Shown here: one piece after another, positions 25,082 through 35,671 of the stretch
How positions within the stretch are numbered: the stretch's first letter is position 1
How the letters are laid out: every line of letters begins with the position of its first letter
Assembly (NCBI GenBank): GCA_035524495.1
Contig: DATKOR010000045.1
Span: 2,862-66,861, forward strand
From: Steroidobacteraceae bacterium
Lineage (GTDB): Bacteria; Pseudomonadota; Gammaproteobacteria; Steroidobacterales; Steroidobacteraceae
DNA length: 64,000 nucleotides
Reading direction: 5' to 3'
Translations under genes and position numbers: made by a program
Notes under the pieces: model-generated
Seen by the model: the letters and a program-made list of their open reading frames with translations, nothing else
Databases searched by the model: none
What the model was told of the DNA's origin: nothing

Positions 25082-26020
25082 TCAGTCGTCCGGGCCGCCC
25101 GCAGCGCCCGGGCGCCGCGCGAACTCCAGCGAGAGGATCCCGGCGACGATCAGCGCGACGCCGGCCCATTGCGCGGTGCGCAGGCGCTCACCGAGCAGCC
25201 ACGCGCCGAGCAGGATCGTGGTCGGCGGCCCGACGGTCGCGATCACCGATGCCCGTGGCGCGCCGAGGCGCTGAACGCCCTCGGCCATGGCCCACAGCGG
25301 CACGACCGTGGCACCGATCACCAGCGCGAGCATCAGCCACAGGTCGCGCGCGTTCCAGGCGCCGGCGCTCACCCGGCCGCTGAGCGCCTGCTGCACCACG
25401 AGGCACAGCGCCGCGGCGGCGAGCGCATAGAAGCTGAACGCCAGGCTCCCGATCGTCGGCGTCAGGCGCTCGCCGGCAAGATAGTAGAGGGCCGACGTCA
25501 GCGCGCAGATGAGCACCAGCCCGGCGCCGGTGAGGTTGCCGTGCAGCACGCCGAGGTCGAGCGCGGTGACCACCATCACGATGCCCGCGTAGGTGATCAC
25601 GAGCGCGGCGAGCACCCGTCCCTCCGGCCGGCGGCGGTACAGCACCGCGTGCAGCACGACGATGACCGACGGGTACGAGAACAGCAGCACCCGCTCGACG
25701 CTCGCATCGATCATCGCGAGCGCCCTGAAGTCGAGCAGGGCGCCGACGTAGTAGCAGATGGCGCCCGCGAGCACCGAGCCGAGGAGCGCGCGCGGCGGCG
25801 GGCGAAACAGGCGCTCGGCGCCGATCGCCCACCAGGCCCAGGCGCCCAGCACCGGAAGCGCCAGCAACGCGCGCACCGTCAGGACCGTGTCCGGGTCCCA
25901 GCCGTCGGCGTACAGGAACTTCGCGATGACGCCCTTGGCCGCGAAGCCGACCGAGCCGACGATCGAGAGGCCGATGCCGAGCCACGGGACACCGGGATTG
26001 TCACGCAGCGCGCGCGTCAC
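25082..26020 (-). CDS. EamA/DMT-family transporter
   Basis: Trimmed to GTG (VTRALRDNPGVPWLGIGLS…) in a GTGA overlap with the upstream nitroreductase stop. 312 aa with about 10 TM helices and two EamA-like halves. Confidence 0.8.
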   Translation of the reverse strand: MTRALRDNPGVPWLGIGLSIVGSVGFAAKGVIAKFLYADGWDPDTVLTVRALLALPVLGAWAWWAIGAERLFRPPPRALLGSVLAGAICYYVGALLDFRALAMIDASVERVLLFSYPSVIVVLHAVLYRRRPEGRVLAALVITYAGIVMVVTALDLGVLHGNLTGAGLVLICALTSALYYLAGERLTPTIGSLAFSFYALAAAALCLVVQQALSGRVSAGAWNARDLWLMLALVIGATVVPLWAMAEGVQRLGAPRASVIATVGPPTTILLGAWLLGERLRTAQWAGVALIVAGILSLEFARRPGAAGGPDD

Positions 26021-26697
26021 GCGGCCTCCTCGGGTCCATGCCAGGTCGTGAACTCGTCGACCGCGAGGCGGCTCGGCCGAAAGCCGTTGACCGGGGCGGT
26101 GCGGTCGGCATAGCCGAGCGCCATGCCGCAGATCAGGACCGGCGCATCCGCGACCCGCAGGTGCGCCCGGATGATCGCGTGAAACGGCGCCCACGCGGCC
26201 TGCGGGCACGTCGCGAGCCCTTGACCGACGGCGGCGACCATCAGCGCCTCGAGGAACATCCCGTAGTCGAGCCAGCTGCCGGGACCGAGGTCGGGGTCGA
26301 TGAAGAAGAACAGCCCGACGGGCGCCCCGAAGAAGTCGTAGTTGCGAAGCTCCTGCGCGAGCCCGGCCGCGCGGTCGCCGCGCGCGATCCCGAGCAGCGA
26401 GTAAAGGCCCCAGCCGCAGGCGCGGCGCCGCGCGAGGTACGGCTCGCGCCACACGGACGGATAGTAGTCATAGGGCCATGCCGGCGGCGCGGCGGCGGCG
26501 GCCCGTTCGCGGACCGCGCCGCAGATCGCGTCGCGCACCGCGCCGCTCACGACGTGCACCTGCCACGGCTGGATGTTCGAGCCGCTGGGCGCGAAGCGCG
26601 CCTGTTCGAGTATCGATGCGATTATCGCGCGGGAGACGGGCTCGCGGCGAAAGGCGCGGGTGGAACCGCGGCCGCGCAAGGCGGTGGCAACGTCCAT
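26017..26697 (-). CDS. Nitroreductase-family flavoprotein
   Basis: Trimmed to MDVATALRGRGSTRAFRREPV…APSGSNIQPW…, 226 aa, with a canonical nitroreductase N-terminal motif. The upstream 335 aa of the track ORF are Arg-rich shadow. Confidence 0.85.
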   Translation of the reverse strand: MDVATALRGRGSTRAFRREPVSRAIIASILEQARFAPSGSNIQPWQVHVVSGAVRDAICGAVRERAAAAAPPAWPYDYYPSVWREPYLARRRACGWGLYSLLGIARGDRAAGLAQELRNYDFFGAPVGLFFFIDPDLGPGSWLDYGMFLEALMVAAVGQGLATCPQAAWAPFHAIIRAHLRVADAPVLICGMALGYADRTAPVNGFRPSRLAVDEFTTWHGPEEAA

Positions 26698-26771
26698 GAG
26701 GGATCCGTTCGGCGGGACCCGGGCCACTGTATGCGATTCGGTGGCGCCTCGCACGCGGCGCCGGATACGGG

Positions 26772-27683
26772 CTACTCGGCGGCGGCGAGCCGCTTGTCGC
26801 GCAGGCTCGCGTGCGCGCGCTCGAGCCGTGCCGCGAGCTCGGGACCGAGCCTGAGCGCGACGCCGATCGACAGCACGTCGATCAGCGTCAGCTGCGCGAG
26901 CCGGGTCGTCATCGGCGTGTACACGTCGGTGTCCTCGTCGACCGCGATCCCGAGTGGCACCGTCGCGCGCAGCGCGAGCGGCGAGCCGGGCGGGGCGATC
27001 GCGATCACGCGGGCGCCGGCCTCGAGGGCGAGCTCGACGCTCGCGATCAGGTCGATGGTGCGCCCGGTGCTCGAGATCGCGACCACGACGTCCGCGCCGC
27101 TCAGCATCGTCGCCGCCATGCCGTGCACGTGGGCGTCGGCGTAAGACGCCGCCTGCAGTCCGAGGCGGAAGAACTTGTGGCGCGCGTCGGCGGCGACGAT
27201 ACCGGAGCTGCCGAGGCCGTAGAACTCGATGCGCCGCGCCGCGGCGAGCAGCCGGATCGCCTCCTCGAGGTGCGCCGGCGCGATCTGGCCCGACACGTCG
27301 CGCAGCGTGCGCGCGGCGCGCTCGAACACCTTCGCGGCGAGTTCGGCCGGGGTATCGTCGCGGTCGATGTCGCGGTGCAGGACCGAGGCGCCGCTGCCGA
27401 GGCTGTGGGCGAGACGCAGGCGGAACGACTGGTAGCCGTCGAGACCCAGCGAGCGGCAGAAGCGGATCACGGTCGGGTCGCTGACGCCGGCGCGGACCGC
27501 GACGGCCGAGAGCGTGTTCTGCAGCACCCACGCGGGCGAAGCGAGCACGGTCTGCGCGACGCGCGCCTCGGCCGGCGGCAGCTCGGGCTTCAGTGCCGCG
27601 ACGGTCCTCAGAAGCTGAGCCTCGCTCGCGGGCTCGTCGTGTCCGGCCCGAGGCTCGCGCGCGCCTACATTTCGTCGTGCCAT
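26772..27683 (-). CDS. hexR: RpiR/HexR-family transcriptional regulator (HTH + SIS domain)
   Basis: 303 aa from MARRNVG…. HTH segment ([19 protein letters not shown]) and SIS domain ([20 protein letters not shown]). Lies immediately downstream of zwf and overlaps it by 19 nt. Confidence 0.85.
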   Translation of the reverse strand: MARRNVGAREPRAGHDEPASEAQLLRTVAALKPELPPAEARVAQTVLASPAWVLQNTLSAVAVRAGVSDPTVIRFCRSLGLDGYQSFRLRLAHSLGSGASVLHRDIDRDDTPAELAAKVFERAARTLRDVSGQIAPAHLEEAIRLLAAARRIEFYGLGSSGIVAADARHKFFRLGLQAASYADAHVHGMAATMLSGADVVVAISSTGRTIDLIASVELALEAGARVIAIAPPGSPLALRATVPLGIAVDEDTDVYTPMTTRLAQLTLIDVLSIGVALRLGPELAARLERAHASLRDKRLAAAE

Positions 27684-29167
27684 GCAAATCCGTCCCGTGC
27701 AATCAGCGCGCTCGAGGCCGCCGGGCCCCAGCTGCCCGCGGCGTAGGGGCGCGGGGCGTCGTCGTCGGCGTCCCAGGCGCTGCGGATCGGGTCGATCCAG
27801 TCCCAGGCGGCCTCGATCTCGTCCCGACGCATGAACAGCGTCAGGTTGCCCTGGATCGCGTCGCCGAGCAGCCGCTCGTAGGCCTCGAGCGGCCGGCCCT
27901 TGAACGACTCGCCGAGGTCGAGCGCGAGGTCCACCGGCTTGAGGCGCATCGCCTCGCCCGGGCTTTTCGCGAGGATCCTGAGCGTGATGCATTCGTCCGG
28001 CTGCAGCCGGATCACGAGCCGGTTCGGCGGCTGCGAGCTGAACGGCCCCGCGAAGATCGAGTGCGGCACCTGGTCGAACGTGACCACGATCTCGGCGACC
28101 TGGTCATGCAGCCGCTTGCCGGTGCGCAGGTAGAAGGGCACGCCGGCCCAGCGCCAGGTGTCGATCTCGGCCTTGATCGCGACGAACGTCTCGGTGCGGC
28201 TCGCCGGCTCGACGCCGGACTCCTCGAGGTAGCCGGCCGCCCTGCTGGTACCGACGACCCCGCCGCGGTACTGGCCCCGCACGGTCTTGATCAGCGCCTC
28301 GGCATCGCCGATCGGGCGCAGCGCGCGCAGCACCTTCAGCTTCTCGTCGCGCACCGCGTCGGCGGCACTGCTGGCGGGCGGCTCCATCGCGAGGATGCAC
28401 AGCAGCTGCAGCAGGTGGTTCTGCACCATGTCGCGCAGCGCCCCGGTGCGGTCGTAGAACGTGCCACGGGCCTCCACGCCGAGCTGCTCGGCGACCGTGA
28501 TCTGCACGTGGCGGATCTGTCCGCGGCGCCACAGCGGCTCGAACAGCGCGTTGCCGAAGCGCAACGCGAGCAGGTTCTGGACCGTCTCCTTGCCGAGGTA
28601 GTGGTCGATCCGGTAGATCTGCCGCTCGCCGACCATCGCGCCGACGGTGTCGTTGATGCGTCGCGCCGACGCGCCGTCCTCGCCGAGCGGCTTCTCGAGC
28701 ATGATGCGCGAGTCCGGTGTCACGATGCCGGCGGCGGCGAGCTCGCGGCAGATCGCCGCGAAGAGATCGGGCGCCGTGGACAGCGAGAAGATGCGTGCGA
28801 CGCCCGGGCGCTGGCCGAGCTTGGCCGCGAGCACGCCGTAGTCGGCGGCGACGGTCGCATCGACGCGCAGGTAGCTCAGCACCGCGGCGAATTGCGGCCA
28901 CGCGTCGGCCCGATAATCGGCACCGAGGTGCGCGCGCAGTGCCTTCTCGGCCTGCGCGCGGTACTCGTCGTCGTCGTGCGGGCTGCGCGCGAGGCCGATG
29001 ATCCGCGAACCCGGCGCGATCGCGCCCGCGCAGTGCCGCCGAAAGAGCGCCGGCAGCAGCTTGCGCATCGCAAGGTCTCCGGTGCCCCCGAACAGCACGA
29101 GGTCGAATGGGAGCGGCGCCGGGTGGTGGCCCGTGCCCGCGGCGGCGGTGCGCGCGTCGGTACTCAT
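27665..29167 (-). CDS. zwf: Glucose-6-phosphate 1-dehydrogenase
   Basis: 500 aa with [29 protein letters not shown] and other hallmark Zwf motifs. Confidence 0.95.
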   Translation of the reverse strand: MSTDARTAAAGTGHHPAPLPFDLVLFGGTGDLAMRKLLPALFRRHCAGAIAPGSRIIGLARSPHDDDEYRAQAEKALRAHLGADYRADAWPQFAAVLSYLRVDATVAADYGVLAAKLGQRPGVARIFSLSTAPDLFAAICRELAAAGIVTPDSRIMLEKPLGEDGASARRINDTVGAMVGERQIYRIDHYLGKETVQNLLALRFGNALFEPLWRRGQIRHVQITVAEQLGVEARGTFYDRTGALRDMVQNHLLQLLCILAMEPPASSAADAVRDEKLKVLRALRPIGDAEALIKTVRGQYRGGVVGTSRAAGYLEESGVEPASRTETFVAIKAEIDTWRWAGVPFYLRTGKRLHDQVAEIVVTFDQVPHSIFAGPFSSQPPNRLVIRLQPDECITLRILAKSPGEAMRLKPVDLALDLGESFKGRPLEAYERLLGDAIQGNLTLFMRRDEIEAAWDWIDPIRSAWDADDDAPRPYAAGSWGPAASSALIARDGFAWHDEM

Positions 29168-29174
29168 ACGGTTT

Positions 29175-29189
29175 TGTAGTTTATATACT
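29175..29189. promoter_or_regulatory. Candidate HexR operator (TGTA-N7-TACT) proximal to zwf
   Basis: TGTAGTTTATATACT lies in the AT-rich zwf/edd divergent intergenic region. It shares 12 of 16 positions with the second site at 29292. Confidence 0.4.
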
Positions 29190-29291
29190 CATCGTCCACC
29201 AGTGAAGCGGTCTAACGTTATGTGAAGTAGAATGTAACACATTGTTAATAAAGGAGTAAGAGAGGCGTGCTTCTGGTATTTCGATCGATAA

Positions 29292-29306
29292 TGTAGCTAA
29301 ACTACT
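29292..29306. promoter_or_regulatory. Candidate HexR operator (TGTA-N7-TACT) proximal to edd
   Basis: TGTAGCTAAACTACT contains the inverted repeat GTAG-N5-CTAC, just upstream of the edd ribosome-binding site and start. Confidence 0.4.
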
Positions 29307-29333
29307 CGCCTCGTGACGGGTATTGGAGGCGCG

Positions 29334-31163
29334 GTGGCTTCAGCTTCGGAGGACCGGCTGCATCCGGTGGTGCGCGAGGTGACATCACGCATCGCGATGC
29401 GCAGTGCCGATACGCGCCGCGCCTACCTCGACGACCTCGCGCGCGCGCAGACGCAACGCGCTTCGCGCGGACGCCTCTCGTGCGCGAACCTCGCGCACGT
29501 CTTCGCCGCCGCCGACGGTGCCGACAAGGCGCAGCTGCGCGGTGCGCGCTGGCCGAACCTCGCGATCGTCTCGGCCTACAACGACCTCCTGTCCGCCCAC
29601 CAGCCGCTCGAGCGGTATCCGACGCTGATCAAGCACGCTGCGCGCGCCGCGGGCGCGGTCGCGCAGTTCGCGGGCGGCGTGCCCGCGATGTGCGATGGCA
29701 TCACGCAGGGCCAGCCGGGAATGGAGCTGTCGCTGATGAGTCGCGACGTCATCGCGATGGCGACCGCCGTTGCGCTGACGCACGATGCGTTCGACGGCGT
29801 CGCGGCGCTCGGCGTCTGCGACAAGATCGTGCCGGGACTGCTGCTCGGCGCGCTGTCGTTCGGTCACCTGCCGGCCGTGTTCGTGCCCGCCGGCCCGATG
29901 CCGTCCGGACTCGGCAACGCCGACAAGGCGCGCGTGCGGCGCGAGTACGCCGCCGGCACCGTCAGCCGCGAGGAACTGCTCGAGGCCGAGGCCCGCAGCT
30001 ACCACGCACCTGGCACCTGCACCTTCTACGGCACGGCGAACAGCAACCAGATGCTGATGGAGGCGATGGGGCTGCACCTGCCGGGCAGCGCCTTCGTGCC
30101 GCCCGGGACGGCGCTGCGCGATGCGCTGACCTCGCAGGCCGCGGTGCGGCTCGCGCAGATCACCGCGCTCGGCGGCGATTACCGGCCGCTCGGCCGGCTG
30201 CTTGACGAGCGCGCGCTCGTGAACGGCATTGTGGCCCTGCTCGCGACCGGCGGCTCGACGAATCACACGATCCACCTGGTCGCCATCGCCGCGGCCGCGG
30301 GCCTCAGCGTCAACTGGGACGACTTCGATGCGCTCTCGGCCGTCGTGCCGCTGATCGCGCGGATCTACCCGAACGGCACGGCCGACGTGAACCACTTCCA
30401 CGCGGCGGGCGGCACGGCGTTCGTGATCCGGGAGCTCCTCGACGCGGGCCTGCTGTGGCGCGAGGTCAGGACGATCGCCGGCGACGGGCTCGATGCCTAC
30501 ACCCGCGAGCCGCGGCTCGTCGACGGGACGCTCTGCTGGGGCGAGGTGCCCCGCAAGAGCCCCGACCACAACGTGCTCAGGGGCGTCGCCGATGCCTTCA
30601 GTGCCGAGGGCGGCATCCGCGTGCTGCGCGGCAATCTCGGCCGGGCCGTCATCAAGACCTCGGCGCTCGCGCCGGCCGATCACGTTGTCGAGGCGCCGGC
30701 GCTGGTGTTCGACGGCCAGCAGGCGCTCATGGACGCGTTCAAGGCCGGCGCGCTCGAGCGCGACTTCGTGGCCGTGGTCCGCTTCCAGGGACCGCGCGCC
30801 AACGGCATGCCCGAGCTCCACCAGCTGACGCCGGTGCTCGGCGCGCTGATGAGCCGCGGCCGGCGGATCGCGCTCGTGACCGACGGCCGCATGTCGGGCG
30901 CATCCGGCCCGGTGCCGGCGGCGCTGCACGTCACGCCCGAATGCGCCGCTGCGGGGCCGCTCGGCCGGCTGCGCGACGGGGACCTGATCCGGCTCGATGC
31001 ACGGGCGCGCACGCTCGAGGCGCGCGTGGCGCCAGAGACGCTCGCGGCGCGTGACGCCGCGTGTCCGCCGGCGGCGGACGCCGCAGGCCATGGACGCGAG
31101 CTCTTCGCGACGCTTCGTCGCGCGATCAGCGACGCCGAGCGGGGAGCGCTCGCATGCCACTGA
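29334..31163 (+). CDS. edd: Phosphogluconate dehydratase (Entner-Doudoroff)
   Basis: IlvD/Edd-family motifs along the whole ORF (…CDKIVPG…, …[13 protein letters not shown]…). I prefer the GTG at 29334, preceded by GGAGG at 29325-29329. The track start at 29313 is also possible. Confidence 0.92.
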   Translation: MASASEDRLHPVVREVTSRIAMRSADTRRAYLDDLARAQTQRASRGRLSCANLAHVFAAADGADKAQLRGARWPNLAIVSAYNDLLSAHQPLERYPTLIKHAARAAGAVAQFAGGVPAMCDGITQGQPGMELSLMSRDVIAMATAVALTHDAFDGVAALGVCDKIVPGLLLGALSFGHLPAVFVPAGPMPSGLGNADKARVRREYAAGTVSREELLEAEARSYHAPGTCTFYGTANSNQMLMEAMGLHLPGSAFVPPGTALRDALTSQAAVRLAQITALGGDYRPLGRLLDERALVNGIVALLATGGSTNHTIHLVAIAAAAGLSVNWDDFDALSAVVPLIARIYPNGTADVNHFHAAGGTAFVIRELLDAGLLWREVRTIAGDGLDAYTREPRLVDGTLCWGEVPRKSPDHNVLRGVADAFSAEGGIRVLRGNLGRAVIKTSALAPADHVVEAPALVFDGQQALMDAFKAGALERDFVAVVRFQGPRANGMPELHQLTPVLGALMSRGRRIALVTDGRMSGASGPVPAALHVTPECAAAGPLGRLRDGDLIRLDARARTLEARVAPETLAARDAACPPAADAAGHGRELFATLRRAISDAERGALACH

Positions 31164-31801
31164 CGCCGATCCGCGCGATCCTCGCGCGCGCGCCGGTCAT
31201 CCCGGTGTTGACGATCACCGAACTCGCAAGCGCCGTGCCGCTGGCGCGCGCGCTGCTCGCCGGGAGCCTGCCGGTGCTCGAGGTGACTTTGCGCTCGGCG
31301 GTCGCGCTCGATGCGATCCGGGCGCTGCGCGCCGCGGTCCCGGAGGCGATCGTCGGTGCCGGAACGGTCATTGATGCGGGCCAGCTCGCGGATGCGCTCG
31401 CGGCCGGCAGCCAGTTCATCGTCTCGCCCGGCTATTCGCCGGCGCTGTGCGCCGAGGCTCGGCGTCGGGGCGCCGTGGTGCTGCCGGGCGTCGCGACCGC
31501 GAGCGAGCTGATGGCGGCCCTCGCGGCGGGCATCGATACGCTGAAGTTCTTCCCGGCCGCGCAGGCCGGCGGCGCCGGGATGCTGAAGGCGCTCGCCGCG
31601 CCGTTCCCGACCGCGCAGTTCTGCCCGACCGGCGGCATCGACGTGAACTCGGCCGGCGAGTACCTGGCGCTGCCGAACGTGCTCTGCGTCGGCATGTCCT
31701 CGCTCGCGCCGCCGGCGCTCGTGGCGGCCGGCGATTTCGCGGCGATCACGGCGCTCGCGCGCCGCGCCGCATTGCTGCGCCCGGCGGCGCCGGCGCGCTG
31801 A
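31154..31801 (+). CDS. eda: KDPG/KHG aldolase
   Basis: Trimmed to [21 protein letters not shown]…, 215 aa. Eda motifs LEVTLRS, GAGTV, KFFPA. Overlaps the edd stop by 10 nt. Confidence 0.92.
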   Translation: MPLTPIRAILARAPVIPVLTITELASAVPLARALLAGSLPVLEVTLRSAVALDAIRALRAAVPEAIVGAGTVIDAGQLADALAAGSQFIVSPGYSPALCAEARRRGAVVLPGVATASELMAALAAGIDTLKFFPAAQAGGAGMLKALAAPFPTAQFCPTGGIDVNSAGEYLALPNVLCVGMSSLAPPALVAAGDFAAITALARRAALLRPAAPAR

Positions 31802-31811
31802 GCCGCACGCG

Positions 31812-32489
31812 CTACAGGAAGTTGTAGGTCACGCCGACCGTCGCGAGGCTCGGGTTGCCACCCGCGGCGTTGAAGCGCTCGTACTCGGCGCGCAGCGCCC
31901 AGTGCCCGAGCTTGAACTGCGCGCCGAGGCCTGCCGCGAGGCCGGTCGTGGTCGCGCCATAGCCCTGCGCGAACGTGCAGTTAGGCGCAGCGGTGACGCA
32001 CGTGGCGATCGGTGCTCCGTAGGTCGCCGTGACCGTCGCCGTTTCCTTGAGGCGCGCGACGCCGCCCTTGACGTAGACGTCGACGATCGGGACCGGAAGG
32101 TAGAGCACGCCGTACGCGGCGCTGCCAGAGAGCTTGGCATCGGCAACGACACTGACGCCGCCGATCGTCGGGTTCGTGGGAACGTTCGTGTTGGGATGTC
32201 CGAAGTCCATGTAGTCGACCTCGATCCCGAACAGCGACACGAGGCGCACGCCGGCAATCGCCTTGAATGCCGAGTGGTTCTCCTTGAAGCTCGCGACCGG
32301 CGGGACCGCAATGACGCTGGGGTTCGACAGGTTGCCGACGTCGACGCGTCCCTGTCCGGCGGCGGCGCCCACGTAGAGGTCGAGCACGTCGGCGACGGCG
32401 GCGCGCGCGTCGAGGAGCGTCGCGATGAGGGCGAGCAGGATCAGCGCGTGCCGGCGCCGGCATGCGGTTGCTCGATCGCGCGGTTGCAT
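31812..32489 (-). CDS. Small outer-membrane beta-barrel protein (OmpA-like/porin family 8-strand type)
   Basis: Trimmed to [33 protein letters not shown], 225 aa. C-terminal …[10 protein letters not shown] barrel signature. Confidence 0.7.
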   Translation of the reverse strand: MQPRDRATACRRRHALILLALIATLLDARAAVADVLDLYVGAAAGQGRVDVGNLSNPSVIAVPPVASFKENHSAFKAIAGVRLVSLFGIEVDYMDFGHPNTNVPTNPTIGGVSVVADAKLSGSAAYGVLYLPVPIVDVYVKGGVARLKETATVTATYGAPIATCVTAAPNCTFAQGYGATTTGLAAGLGAQFKLGHWALRAEYERFNAAGGNPSLATVGVTYNFL

Positions 32490-32634
32490 CGTGGTGATCC
32501 TCCGTGATCGATGACGTCGGTCAGCCTGCCAAAACGGTGCTGACGGCGCGCGGTTGACGCATGTCGCCGATTGGCGACGTCCGCGCGACGCGCGCCTGTT
32601 ATCATGCCGGCTCCGTCGTCGATCCGCTGGCGCG

Positions 32635-35355
32635 ATGTACCGGCAGAACATTCAGTTTCCGGCCAAGGACGCCCCGCTGCGCGAGGACGTCCACGCGCTC
32701 GGCGCGCTCATCGGCGAGATTCTCCTCGAGCAGTGCGGTCGCGAGCGCTTCGATCTCGTCGAGGGCGATCGCGTCGCCGCGATCCGGCGGCGCGAAGGCG
32801 TCGACGGCGGTGCGACCGAGCTCCTCGACCGCACCCGCGGCCGGGACCCGAAGGAGGCGCGTGACCTCGTGCGTGCGTTCTCGACGTGGTTCCAGGTCGT
32901 CAACCTCGCCGAGAAGGTCCACCGCATCCGGCGCCGCCGCGAGTACCTCAACAATTCCGCGCAGCCGCAGCCCGGCGGCCTCGACGACGCGCTGACCCGG
33001 CTCCAGAAGGAGGGCTGCACGCTCGGTGAAGTGCTCGGCCTGCTGGGCCGCCTGTGCATCTACCCGGTGTTCACCGCCCACCCGACCGAGTCGACGCGGC
33101 GCACGATCCTGCGCAAGCACCAGCGCATCGCGGGGCTATTGCTCGACCGCCTCGATCCGTCGATCACGCCCGCCGAACGGCGCGCGACCTGGGAGCAGAT
33201 CCGCACCGAGCTGATCTCCGGCTGGCAGACCGAGGAGCACCCGCGCGAGCGCCTGACGGTGGCCGACGAGCGCGAGCACGTGCTGTTCTTTCTGTCCGAG
33301 ATCCTCTACCGGATCCTGCCCGGCTTCTACGAGGAGCTCGCGGTCGCGCTGGAGCGCGCCTTCGGCGCGAGCGTGACACCGCGCCAGCTGCCGCGCGTGC
33401 TGCGCTTCGGCTCATGGGTCGGCGGCGACATGGACGGCGCGCCGGACGTGCACGCCAAGACGATCCGCGAGACGCTGCAACGCCAGCAGGCGGTGATCGT
33501 CAACGCCTACTACCTCGACGTGCAGCGCCTCGGCGAGCGGCTCTCGCAGAGCGCGAGCCGGATCAACGTGTCGAAGGCGTTGCAGTCGCGCATCGACGCC
33601 TACGCGGCGCTCTTGCCGGCGGCCCAGCGCGATTCGCCGGCGCGCCACGACCGGATGCCCTACCGGCAGTTCTGCGCCCAGCTTGCGGCCCGGCTGCGCA
33701 ACACCTACGACGGCCGCCCGAACCACTACGAGAGCGCCGAGCAGTTTCTGTCGGACGTGCAGGTGATGGCCGAGAGCCTCGCGGCCAACAAGGGCGCGCG
33801 CGCGGGCCTGTTCGACGTCGAGCGCCTGCTGCGCCGGATCGGCACCTTCGGCTTCCACCTCGCGACGCTCGATGTGCGCCAGCACGCCGACATCCACCGC
33901 ATCGTCGTCGGTCAGGGCCTCGGCGAGGCGGACTTTGCGTCGCGGCCGTCCGCGGAGCGGCTCGAGCGCGTGCGCCTTGCGCTCGAGCGCGACGAGGGTC
34001 CCTCGCACGCGCTCGACGCGGTCGGGCGCCGTACCCTTGCGGTGTTCGAGCAGCTGATGCACTGCCGCCATCGCCATGGCCGCGAGGCGATCGGCGACTA
34101 CGTCGTCAGTGGCGCGACGGGACCCGACGACGTGCTCGCGGTGCTGCTGCTGGCCCGCTGGGCGGAGATGGTCGACAAGCGCATTGGCGAGGTGCCGCTC
34201 GACGTCGCGCCGCTGTTCGAATCGGTCGATACGCTCGATGCGAGCGGCGCGACGCTGAAGGCCCTGTTCGCCGAGCCGATCTATCGGCGCCACGTCCAGG
34301 CCCGTGGCGACCGGCAGGTGGCGATGATCGGCTACGCCGACAGCAACAAGGAAAGCGGCTTCGCGGCCTCGCGCTGGGCGCTGAATCGGGCACAAGCCGC
34401 ACTCGCTGCCGTCGCCGCCGAGTCCGGCATCACGCTGACGGTGTTTCACGGCCGTGGCAGCGCCACCGGGCGCGGCACGAACCGGGTAGAGACGATCCTG
34501 AGGAGCGCGCCGCCGGGCAGCTTCCACGGCACCCTGCGCATCACCGAGCAGGGCGAGGTGATCAACCAGAACTACGCGCTCAGGCCGATCGCGATGCGTA
34601 GCCTCGAGCAGGCCCTCGGCGGGGCCAGCCAGGTGCTGGCGGGCCGGCCCGCGCGCTCCCCGCCGGATCCGGCCTTCGCGCTCGCCTTCGATGCGGTCGC
34701 GGCGGCGAGCCGCGCAACCTACCGGGCGCTCGTGTACGACGCGCCGGGTTTCTACGAGTACTTTCGCGACGCGACGCCGATCGACGTCATCGAGCGCATG
34801 CAAATCGGCTCGCGGCCGGCGACGCGACCCGGGCGCGCAGGTCCCGAGTCGCTGCGTGCCGTGCCGTGGGGATTCGCGCTGAGCCAGAGTCGCCATCTGC
34901 TGCCGGGTTGGTTCGGCGTCGGCAGCGGGCTGGATGCGGCGGCCGAGCGGCACGGCGCGCCGGTGCTCGAGCGGATGCTCGCCCAGTGGCCGTTCTTCGG
35001 GCTGCTGCTCGACGAGGTCGAGTTCGGGCTTGCCGTTGCCGACATGGACATCGCATCCTGGTACGCAGAGCTCGCGGCGCCTGCCCACCGGCGCCATTTC
35101 GCGACCGTGCGCACCGAGTACGAGCGCACGCGCGACTGGGTGCTGAGGCTGCGTGGCGAGCGGCGCCTGCTCGACGGCGAGCCCTCGATCCAGCGCGCGA
35201 TGAAGCTGCGAAATCCGTACGTCGACCCGATGCACCTGATGCAGATTGACCTGCTGCGACGCTGGCGGGCCACGGAACGCCAGGACTTCGACCTGCTCGA
35301 CGCGCTGATCGCGAGTATTGCGGGAATTGCGCAGGGGCTTCAGGCCACCGGCTGA
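32635..35355 (+). CDS. ppc: Phosphoenolpyruvate carboxylase
   Basis: 906 aa from MYRQNIQFPAKDAPLREDVHALG…. Motifs VFTAHPTE and FHGRGSATGRG, with a C-terminal …GIAQGLQATG. Confidence 0.95.
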   Translation: MYRQNIQFPAKDAPLREDVHALGALIGEILLEQCGRERFDLVEGDRVAAIRRREGVDGGATELLDRTRGRDPKEARDLVRAFSTWFQVVNLAEKVHRIRRRREYLNNSAQPQPGGLDDALTRLQKEGCTLGEVLGLLGRLCIYPVFTAHPTESTRRTILRKHQRIAGLLLDRLDPSITPAERRATWEQIRTELISGWQTEEHPRERLTVADEREHVLFFLSEILYRILPGFYEELAVALERAFGASVTPRQLPRVLRFGSWVGGDMDGAPDVHAKTIRETLQRQQAVIVNAYYLDVQRLGERLSQSASRINVSKALQSRIDAYAALLPAAQRDSPARHDRMPYRQFCAQLAARLRNTYDGRPNHYESAEQFLSDVQVMAESLAANKGARAGLFDVERLLRRIGTFGFHLATLDVRQHADIHRIVVGQGLGEADFASRPSAERLERVRLALERDEGPSHALDAVGRRTLAVFEQLMHCRHRHGREAIGDYVVSGATGPDDVLAVLLLARWAEMVDKRIGEVPLDVAPLFESVDTLDASGATLKALFAEPIYRRHVQARGDRQVAMIGYADSNKESGFAASRWALNRAQAALAAVAAESGITLTVFHGRGSATGRGTNRVETILRSAPPGSFHGTLRITEQGEVINQNYALRPIAMRSLEQALGGASQVLAGRPARSPPDPAFALAFDAVAAASRATYRALVYDAPGFYEYFRDATPIDVIERMQIGSRPATRPGRAGPESLRAVPWGFALSQSRHLLPGWFGVGSGLDAAAERHGAPVLERMLAQWPFFGLLLDEVEFGLAVADMDIASWYAELAAPAHRRHFATVRTEYERTRDWVLRLRGERRLLDGEPSIQRAMKLRNPYVDPMHLMQIDLLRRWRATERQDFDLLDALIASIAGIAQGLQATG

Positions 35356-35394
35356 GGCGCGCTGCAGCAAAGTCAGGGCGTGCTTCACGGTTCT

Positions 35395-35415
35395 GCGGCC
35401 GCGGCGCGCGGCCGC
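35395..35415 (+). terminator. GC-only hairpin downstream of ppc (possible terminator)
   Basis: GCGGCCGCG-GCG-CGCGGCCGC forms a 9-bp perfect stem with a 3-nt loop, 40 nt after the ppc stop. No U-tract follows. Confidence 0.3.
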
Positions 35416-35671
35416 TCAAGGCGCCGGCCGGCCGGCCGATGAAGGGACTGTGCCCCGGAGGTTCCCGTGAAGCGCGCCAGCCGTCCCGAACCGGATTCCG
35501 CGATCTCCCCTGAAACTGCCGTGTGGCTGCTGTATGCCGGCCTCGTACAGGGCATGCGCTGGAGACGCCACCTGGCTCACGCGCCGCGCCCCGACCTGCC
35601 GGCCATTGCGCCGCCCCGCACCCGAAGCTTCGCGCGCGTGAGCCGCTAAGCGTAGGGCGCGCGGCCCCCGA

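Noticed and set aside
35467-35649. 60-aa ORF in the 316-nt spacer between convergent ppc and sdaA.
   Set aside because: It has a GTG start without a ribosome-binding site and a Pro/Arg-rich translation with no motif. The region is more likely 3' UTR/terminator space or a decayed remnant.
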